From the NCBI RefSeq assembly GCF_963676685.1, contig NC_092346.1, positions 35,526,001 to 35,590,000 of the forward strand: 64,000 bases of DNA. Reading direction: 5' to 3'. The position numbers were made by a program, and so were the translations under genes. The notes under the pieces were generated by a model that ran no database searches, was not told the origin of the DNA, and saw only the letters and a program-made list of their open reading frames with translations. Within the stretch, counting starts at the first letter, position 1, and the number at the start of each line of letters is the position of its first letter. Positions 54,801 to 64,000 of this stretch are shown piece by piece. This DNA comes from Mytilus edulis (lineage: Eukaryota).

Positions 54801-57800
54801 AAAATATTTGTTTCTAATATTCTAAATGAGAAATCATAATAATTATAGAATAACTAATCGAAAACTTCAAATAGAGAAAAATATTCAACGAGTGACCGAA
54901 GAACACATTCACGAATGCCATAGCGCATGAGTTAAGTATCATTATGGTATGACGTCAGAGAGTGAAATAACCACAACAACAGGGGCTGAACCTTTTATAT
55001 ATTCTCATGCATTAGTACTTCATGAGATCCTTGCCTAATGTTCATCTAATCATATCATTTCTTTTAAACACAATATAGAATAGTAGTATGTATTACCTTC
55101 ACATGCTTTGTTCGTTGTAACAAACGTCGGTACAGATTTCTCACTTTATCAAATTCCTCCTGTTCTATCTGAAAATCAATGTAAGATTTCCACAAGACTT
55201 CAGGCATATCTAACTGCTGCTGATTTATAGCGAGTTCATAAATAGCTTCTGCCCGGTCTATATCACCCAATATCGTCTCTAACTGCATACTGTAAAAAAA
55301 TTAAAATAAACTATGTTCAGTTATATCAAAAACTTTAAAAAAAAAGTTTTTATAAAGAGGAATAAAATCTAAAGATAAGTATTACATTTATATACATTAA
55401 GATATTTGATAATACCCAAACTGTTCTCATATTTCTCGAGAAACAAGGGCATTAACTGTTGCAAAATTAATGTAAATTCCATAAAAATCTAAATTATGTT
55501 ATGTCTATGCTGACAATAAAAATCTAACATAATTAGTAAAAAGAATTAACGGACCAACAGAAAAAGAAAACTCAATTTGAATGCATAAGTATACACCGAA
55601 GTAAAATAAAACATTTTAACTATTCTAGATTTTATCATTAAGAAAATATCTAGGACCAAATGTTATAAAGACATCATGAAATAGCAATTTCAACTAATTT
55701 AACACTTGAAATCACTGAATTTGGCACAAATATCTTCGTTCTATTGTAATTTTCCAGGAGCTCTATATCATGAACATAAACTTGGTATGAAAGTTGTCAA
55801 AATTATACTGCCTACCTTGATCCAACTTGTACAATTTTCTGGTACAAATTCTCGAAATTTTTCATACAATATCCTACATCTTTCGAACTCTCTCAGCTGT
55901 AATTCTAGTTCTATATAGCCTCTGTACAATTTGTTTTTTTGACATTTACCTACAGCTGTACCTTTAAAAGAAAGTTTACAAGATATATAATAAATATATA
56001 TTCTATATTGATACTTTGCTCTACAGATGCTTTTTTTCAATTTTAATTATTCCAAAACATTATTATCTGTCTTTTAAAATTTCAGTCTTCACATGTAGCC
56101 ACTAGTCCAAAAACATACATTAGTAATACTTTTTTTGGACAAGTAAGTGCAAAATTTTGTTAAGATACATTACAAAAATATCAGAATACTAGTCTTCGGA
56201 CTAGTGGTTGGGAAAGATTTTGGTGCAGACTGAAATTTCAGACAAACATAAAGTTTCCAAAACAAACATTCTTTTAAAATGATGTATTTGATTTTTTATC
56301 AAGCTACTTATAAAACTTATACAATTTCTATTATAAAAAAATACAAGTACACTTTCTACTAATTAAATTCTATGAATTTAATATCAATAATAAGATCTTA
56401 CCATCACTCTCCTGGCTCCTTGTAAACTTTTCTGACGAATTTCAAACTGAGCAAATAAAAGCCAGATTTTAGCAAATGTAAATGTTTTATGAGGTATCAC
56501 ATCTGAACATGCTTTAAACACTTCTCTGACTTTATCAGGATCATCATTTTCTAATTCTTCATAAACAGCATAATTGATCCATAAATATATGTATCTTCTC
56601 CAATGGCGTTTCTCCTAGAAAACAGATATTTTTAAATCAAAAATAAATGTAGAATCCGTCTATAGGACCTAGAGATGCCTCTGCTTGCATATAAGGTTAT
56701 AAGGGCACATATCTCAAGAATGAAAAAGTGAGTTTTGTGGTAATAAGCATTGTTAATAAGTTTCATAATATTTGGTTGAGTCAAACTTTAGCTCGAGAAC
56801 AGAAATGTAAAATTCAGAAATTTTTCCTTTAGGAGCATAACTCTACAATGATAAAAGTGACGCCAAGCAAATTCAAACTGGATCTGTGTTTAGTGGGTAT
56901 AAACATTTGGTTGAGGCAAACTAAATGTAATTAATGTATAATAATTAAATTTTGATTGAAACATTTCTTCTGATTGGCTGACGTTTATTAGTTTATCAGC
57001 CCATAGACATAATTTAGTCATGTGAACGTGACGTCATCAACATTTTTTCATGGTTTACTCTGGTTTAAATGAAATTTAGAATTAAATTATAAGAAATAAC
57101 CGAAATATTTTATCTGTCTATCCTAATAACATAGAAAAAATGTGGTGGACACTTTAAAATAACCCGCTACGCACGTTATTCAGTGTGCACCACATTTTTG
57201 ATGTTATTTCTTCATACAGAGTTTACTGACTTTGTTTTTGTTTGTGTTTTTTTCTGGGAGGTAAGCTACTAAAACAGCATATTTGGCCCGACTGTATGGT
57301 CATGTGCCTGTCCAATGTCAATACCATTCAGCAAATGTCTAAGTGATTTTGTTCATGAGGGAACTTAGTTGATGGCAAAGATCTCTAATAGCACTGACAT
57401 GCATTCTTTTGCTGAATATTTACCGTACTTGAAATACAATCTTAAATCAAGATAAAATTTACTATATTTCTACAATAGACTTTATCCTGTCACAATACCA
57501 ATCACTGAAAACCAGCAAGTTCATTTTCACATGGTATGTGCGTAAAAAAAAAAAAAATACATCAACAAATTTTGATTTTGTAGCACAACTTTTTTTTTTT
57601 ATCTTACTTTAGATGGAGGTACATTTGCTATCGCTCTTTCATATGTTTCTCTAATTTGTTCTGTATTTCCATCTGCCTCTAACAACCTCAGATAATCAAA
57701 CCAGGCATCATAATTATAGGGATTAGTTTTCACTTTCTGAAAAATAGAATATTATCTGTAAATTTTACTAACTAAATACACATACAACTTTATAAATAAT

Positions 57801-58257
57801 CAGCTTGAATATTACTGTTATCATATCATTGGTGTAAAGATATAAATCAATTGTAAATTGGTGTTTTAAAGCCACCTTAAAGCACCACTTTTGGCCTATT
57901 TCTTGGCAGTCATTTTATGGGCGGAAGAAACCTGAGTCCCAGAGAAAAAACCCACTGACTTTGTGTAGGAAAACTGACAATCCTACTCAATTTAGTCAAG
58001 TGCACCTGCACAAGCAAGGTTTGAACACACAAACTCAGTGTTAAATTGAGATTTGTTTTGTTTTGTTTTGTATTGACTAAGCTTTAGTTTCTCAACTTAT
58101 TTGTTTCCATATGCTGATATGGCAAACCTAAACCCCTTATATATTCCCTTAGCTTAAAATTTGATATTAAAAAAATATTTCATAATAGCAATATAATTTG
58201 TGCCTATCTCATCATTAATCATCAATGGCGATAAATATTTAAAAAAAAGAGCCTTAA

Positions 58258-59289
58258 GGAGGATCGTGGGTATAAGATTTTCAGAAAAAAATTAAACATT
58301 AATTTTTCATTACAAATTTTATTAACTACCTTAAGTAGTTGTTACTTTATCATATGTTACAAAAATCATTCCAAACAAGAATGTGTCCACAGTACACGGA
58401 TGCCCCACTCGCACTATCATTTTCTATGTTCAGTGGACCGTGAAATTGGGGTCAAAATTATAATTTGGAATTATAGTTAGAAAGATCATATCATAGGGAA
58501 CATGCGTACTAAGTTTCGAGTTGATGTAACTTTAACTTCATTAAAAACTACCTTGACCAAAAACTTTAACCTGAACTTCGCACTATCATTTTCTATGTTC
58601 AGTGGACCATGAAATTGGGGTAAAAACTATAATTTGGCATTAAAATTAGAAAGATCATATCATGGGGAACATGTGTACTAAGTTTCAAGTTGATTGGACT
58701 TCAACTTCTTCAAAAACTACCTTGACCAAAAACTTTAACCTGAAGCGAACGGACGGACGGACGCACAGACGGACGCACAGACGATCGGAGGCACAGACCA
58801 GAAAACATAATGCCCCTCTACTATCGTAGGTGGGGCATAAAAATCAATTCGTGTTGGCCCCAGGTTACTTTTAAAATGTAGATATCATTGAAAAAGCTCT
58901 AAATTATCTCCCTTTGGTGCAAAAATGCCACTTTTTGGCATTAAAATTGTAACATCTTTTTTAACTCATCGGTGACCGATATTTTTTATTGTTGTTTTTG
59001 AAAAAGCTGTACACAAGCTAAATAATTGAAAAATTTTAGCGATTTCTGTAATTTAGTTCTTTTTTTATTTTGATATTACTGCTTTTTCTCCTACTAGTTC
59101 AACAGAAAAAAAAAGACATAAACAAAAATGTATGCTTCTTTCGAAGGCAGATTGTGAGCCTAAATGAACGGTGACTCCATTTTTTTATTTCATTTTTCTA
59201 TTAAGTATAAGATTAAGTTCATTTATAGAAAAATATAGAGAAATCCTATATTGGATAAAAAAAAAATTGATTTAGACCCGTGAGCCCCC
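58258..59289. mobile_element. Non-autonomous TIR element, possibly Kolobok-like, interrupted by a HINE
   Basis: TTAA|GGAGGATCGTGGGTATAA ... TTAGACCCGTGAGCCCCC imperfect TIRs; the right-hand TTAA is not preserved. Confidence 0.45.
58373..58843 (-). mobile_element. Young HINE nested in another element
   Basis: Two ~169-bp internal repeats, (GGAC)n tract, ATGCCCC...GGGGCATAAAA hairpin end and matching sub-TIR ATGCCCCAC near the other end; lies in an A-run. Confidence 0.82.
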
Positions 59290-59347
59290 TCCCTCTATAT
59301 TTTGTATTCAAAACTAAAATGTAAAATGAAATATTTTGGTTGTCACT

Positions 59348-60165
59348 ATTATAGCGAACCCTACGATAGTTTTCCATAGATTCACCTGCAAGTTACCTGT
59401 CGATTTAAACTTTTGGCAGTTCTATTGTCCCATCTAACAAATACAACAGGTATTGTTCTCTGTATAGTTTATTCACCAGGACCTTTAAATTTCTTCTAGG
59501 AGAAATATATCACTCATTGATTAATTTACCTGAACAAAAAATTGAACTGTCAATGATGGAAAAATACTTATACCAATACTAAGAAAGGACTCACAAAACT
59601 GCATGTGGTGTTATTTATTCAATACCAAAAACTCGTTTTTAATGTGTTCAATATTAATAATGAGTTAAAAATTAAAAGTTGATTTCTGATCAAATATTCA
59701 ATAAATATTGTTGTGTGTTTGATAAATAAAAATTTGAATATTATTATTTTTAAATTAAGGTCTTCATAAACATAGTCAATAAATTAACAACAAAAAAAAC
59801 ATGCAAATTCATTGGAAAATACTAAAAAATGTGTCTAAAATAAACTTTTTATTATTAAATCAGATTTTATATTGAACAGATTGAAAATATATTAATGATA
59901 TATTGAATAAATACAATATTGCATACAGTTTATGTGAGTTTATAGAAGTATTTCAATAAAAAAACAGATAATTTTTTGGTCAGGTAAATTAATCAATGAG
60001 TGATATATTTCTCCTAGAAGAAATTTAAAGGTCCTGGTGAATGAACTATACAGAGAACAATACCTGTTGTATTTGTTAGATGGGACAATAGAACTTACAA
60101 AAGTTTAAATCGACAGGTAACTTGCAGGTGAATCTATGGAAAACTATCATAGGGTTCGCAATAAT
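59348..60165. mobile_element. Foldback/MITE with ~195-bp near-perfect TIRs
   Basis: 59348-~59542 is the reverse complement of ~59970-60165 with few mismatches; very AT-rich core. Confidence 0.88.
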
Positions 60166-60583
60166 TATAATTTTCAGGAAACATTCTTGACAGTTAAAAG
60201 ATAGAGGACGCAATGTTTAAATCTATAAATATAATTTTTACATATACTGAGTATTTCTATAAATCCATACCTCTTCATATTTAAATTTTCTTTTACTGAC
60301 AATAAAATCCTCTATAGCTGCACGACTACCAAATTTCTTCTCATGGACGGTATAATGTTTGTATATTTCTTGACAACTATCTTTTGGAAGATGATCTAAA
60401 GCATATTTGTAAATCAACCTGGCTCTCTCATGCTGAAAATAAAACAACATTTAATATGCTGAACAGTGATGTTGGCCAGAGAATAAAAACATCATAGTCA
60501 TATGAAAATAGAGTGCCATGTTTTTCTCTCAGTTCAAAAACCCTAAAAAAAAAGGTCCAAATATTTGGCTGCTATTTTCTATC

Positions 60584-60807
60584 TACTGTGGATTCATTAT
60601 TATTCATTGTATACCAATTTTTTTGTGGTTTTCATGGGTTCAGGTGAACCACCAATTTGAATGTTCAACGAATTACAAATTTTCTATCACTATGTATACA
60701 GACTTTGGCAAAACCCCTAAATTAAATATCCACTAAATGAATATAAATGGCAAGTTTACTGCAATCCACCAAAATTGGTACCCATGAAAATAAATGGATC
60801 CACAGTA
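60584..60807. mobile_element. TA-flanked MITE of the 7507-7676 family
   Basis: TACTGTGGATTCATT ... AATGGATCCACAGTA; absent at the paralogous site in B. Confidence 0.75.
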
Positions 60808-61503
60808 TTTAAAATTTTATTCTTATAGCCTCAATCAGCATTTCTTTTATTCAACATTAATTTATGATGTTTGGGTTCAATTGACTTTATAAAGTTCTCA
60901 TTGAATCAGTTCAAATGGTTTTCTGTTTTTTAAATTTTGGTATTCCTTACCTGATGCACTATAAAGACCAATTCTCATTTTGAAACTTATTCTTAGAAAC
61001 AAAACTAAATAAAGTGTGGTTTAATCGCCAATAAGACGTTTAATCACCAATAAGACGTTTAATCACCAATAAGACATCTATCCACCAGAAACAAAAGTAC
61101 AAAGATGTATCTATTTTGATCATTTCTTGAATTTTGATATTTTTTTTATTTCTTTTGATTCATTAATTTCAGTTCTCTCAATTGGAACGTCTGTCTTCTC
61201 ACTATATGTGAGAACAGAAGTGACCATGAGCATGAAAAGATTTTTGCAGTTTAGCAAAATTACTATAAAATCTTTACCCTTTTAAGTCTGATATATCATT
61301 AGTGTTGGTTTAACAGTACTTACTTCTTTTTGGCCTTCCTCAAACTTAGCAAAAGCAACAACAAGTCTTTCATCAATGTTATCTTCACCAAAGAATTCCA
61401 CATCTCTCTCATAAACTCGTCTAGCACTACTGATATAACTGTTTTTTCTCTTCAAACTTAGCATATTTGATCCAGTTCTTCACCTCATGATGTACTAGGA
61501 CAA

Positions 61504-61522
61504 GTAATATAGTCAAGGAAAA
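61504..61522 (-). other. U12-type (AT-AC) intron branch point and acceptor, copy C
   Basis: Minus strand TTTTCCTTGACTATATTAC|TTGTCCTAGTACAT: matches the TTCCTTRAC consensus, ends in AC, and no AG is available at the homology boundary. Confidence 0.82.
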
Positions 61523-62817
61523 CTAACATTTTCTATATTCTAACTACAGATTTTATTTTCAGCTATCTTTAGTAAGTTTGAAATATATTACTTAAATTCC
61601 TACAAATTTTTACTCAGATTTTCATTTGAACATTTGCTTTTGGATTCTTAAGTCCAGTCTATTTGTAAAATTCCTAAACTTAAAGTAAGATTTTTATTTC
61701 CACATATTCTTTTTACCAATAATTTTCTTATAATCATAATGGATTTACCTCCCCTTTGTTTTAATAATTCAATGGATACAAAAAAAAACACCCCAGATTT
61801 TCTTAACAGTACCACACAATTTTTTTAAGATAGGTTTAATGCTTCATTATAAAAATATACAAATCAGAGACTATTAATTTCATTCTTCCATTCAATAATT
61901 CAATGAATACAAAAACAAAAACGAGGTTTTCTAAACAGTACCAACTTTTTTAAACTTGATTTTTTAAAGATAGGTGTAATGCTTCATTATAAAAGTATAC
62001 AAACCAGAGACTGTTAATTTCATTCTTTCATTCAACATAAGATTGAATTGATTTTTAATTTTTCTACCTTAAATGCATGAAATATTTTCCATTAGACATT
62101 AGTGACGCATCAACTATCAAAAATAAGAAAAAAATCAAACAAAAAGTTATATACAAAAGTCACAGACAAAAAAATGAAGTTAAGGTCAGTTGAACTCTCA
62201 CAATAAGGCATCTGTATACCCAATACAATTTATCCAATCGTTCTTCTTTCCTTCTTGATTAAAAGCTTTATAACAAACACATACGTTGATGATGCTGGTT
62301 TAGCACCCTTATGTCGCACTGACAAAAATCACGTATCATAGGTAGTATCATGTGTCCAAGATGTTCAACCAAATTCACTTAATCTATCTTACACCTGGTG
62401 TCTTTTTAAAAGTGTAGTTTGATTCCTAAATTTAATTGAAAAAGTCCTCCCTTAAGCATTTCCTCCCTTTTTGGAACTATAGACTGTGGGTTACGTGAGT
62501 GAAACCGTTGCAATTCAGAAAAGAAATCACTTTCAGAAATGCCATGGTAAAGATTTTATTTTCTATAGTGTCAGAACATTTGTACTTCCTCATTATTATT
62601 CTATACCCCTCTTTGTAATGTTAGTTGAATGGATTAAGAGATCAGAGGTCCAGTTGCAAATATTACATTTGTATCAGAACAATATATAACGTGTTGTGAT
62701 ATGAATATGAAGTTTGCATTGTACTAGACGGATACACTTTTTTCGGATGTTGAACCTGCTAGTTCATAAGACAACAATCCACAGCAAGGTATGTTTCTTC
62801 ACCCAGACACATGATTT

Positions 62818-62949
62818 GGGTGCGTATATATACCCAATCTGATTGAGGAACTCTGAGGTCTTCAGTGTGTTGTATCTAGCCGGTCCCATAAGTCAACCAG
62901 TTTATCCTGCATCTGGCGATAGATCTCTCGTTGGTACCGGGTCACTTGC
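62818..62949 (-). mobile_element. ~130-bp insert resembling the C-terminal tail of a Mutator-like transposase
   Basis: Absent in B (~36940). Minus-strand translation QVTRYQREIYRQMQDKLVDLWDRLD, then shifted LKTSEFLNQIGYIYAP; TTGG on both flanks. Confidence 0.4.
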
Positions 62950-64000
62950 TTGGATTCTGTGTGGACCTGTCGTGACTTTTACCCCTCGAATGCCGAGTGT
63001 TTTGTGGAGAAACAGCTAATGCAAATTCTTAAATTTTCACTTTGACCAAGCAGTGGGTCCAACTTAAGGCCTTCTGCTCTCTATGCAAGTTCGCTGTCAA
63101 AAAGCCACTAGATAGTGTTTCATCAAAATGGTAAAATACAAATATATTCCCATTTTCTGAGGAATGTGCTATTAAGCAAATTTTCTTCTGACATAGTGAC
63201 AATACACAATTTGTCAACATGACATCGCTGGGTGAAACAGGTATATTGTAATTTTTGAAGTAGTTCCCAGAGAGAAAGAAAACGTCAGCTCTAACATGAT
63301 TGGTTAATCCCCAGAGTCGTTCTAATCAGAGAATTTTATACTGTTCTTTAACATAAAGGAACTTGGGTCTAGGATTCTTCCTTATTTATATTTGTTGGAA
63401 CAGTTTTTTTTTAAATTTTATTTTTAATTTGCACAGATTAGCTTGAGACATAGTGGATTGATTTTTTCTTTCACAGAAATTAATCTGAAAAATCATGATT
63501 GATTGGTAATTGCTTGCTTGCTTAAAGTTCAGTGGCAAATATTCCATATATAATTAGGGACGAGAACAAATAGAAAATTCATACAATTAGTAGGTTCTGA
63601 AAGGTACTTCAACAGGGAAAAAAAGAAGGAAATTAGGACTGCCACTGGAAAACGAGGTTATGTTGGGTAGAGGAAATTTCCCTTTACTAATTGCCACTCC
63701 TAAGAAAGATGTTGGACAGCAACTGAAAATGAGGTTATGTTGGGTAGATCAGGAAATTTCACCTAGCAAAAGGCTACTCCTCAGAAAGACATTGCATGGG
63801 TACCTCAGTGTGCAGATAGTGCAACATATCCATCATGGGTCTTTAATAGAAGTAATAAGGTCCATACAAAATTGGGTCATTAGGATAAGAGACATATACT
63901 GTCATTACGTCTCTTCTTAATATATATTTTCCCTTGATTTCCAGATCTAAGCAACTGTTTGTTGAACCAGAAAGATTTTTTTAGTGAAGACATTTAGTTA

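Larger units (their letters stand above)
40727..61503 (-). pseudogene. CRNKL1: CRNKL1 partial copy C, disrupted
   Basis: Exons 61503-61324 (+1 in an A-run), 60432-60271, 57736-57608, 56614-56402, 55962-55816 (acceptor AG>AA), 55289-55097 (-2), 53909-53754 (TAG at 53883-53885), 45305-45213, 40855-40727. Confidence 0.92.

Noticed and set aside
61019-61078. ~20-bp x3 tandem repeat
   Set aside because: Local slippage inside a decayed repeat; no evidence of function.
40727-61503. Copy C as the functional CRNKL1 gene
   Set aside because: It has an in-frame TAG, a 2-nt deletion and a lost acceptor, in addition to a homopolymer frameshift that alone could be a sequencing error.

Overview
AT-rich eukaryotic DNA with spliced genes, very probably from a bivalve mollusc (Mytilus-like, inferred from repeat families and gene types). 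(1) 1-4591: an apparently intact ISL2EU-type (PIF/Harbinger-related) DNA transposon. It carries two convergent, intron-containing genes: a SWIM+YqaJ exonuclease and a THAP-HTH-DDE transposase. (2) ~4.6 kb to the window end: three tandem copies (A, B, C) of a ~15-25 kb unit. Each copy carries the 3' exons of the splicing factor gene crooked neck (CRNKL1) on the minus strand. In the same intron of each copy, on the plus strand, sits a RING-less TRIM-like gene with an intronless CDS (B-box1, B-box2, coiled coil, NHL-like beta-propeller). The CRNKL1 parts are 5'-truncated, and copies B and C carry stops, frameshifts and broken splice sites. All three nested TRIM ORFs are intact, mosaic and diverged in the propeller. 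The most 5' retained CRNKL1 exon is preceded by a U12-type (AT-AC) acceptor. Comparing the copies gives empty and filled sites for many non-autonomous elements (Helentron-associated HINEs, a Helitron, Mutator-, Spy-, Tc1/mariner- and Kolobok-like MITEs), a tRNA/SINE-derived 126-bp tandem array and two captured transposase/recombinase fragments. Coordinates and identities were read by eye; no searches were run.
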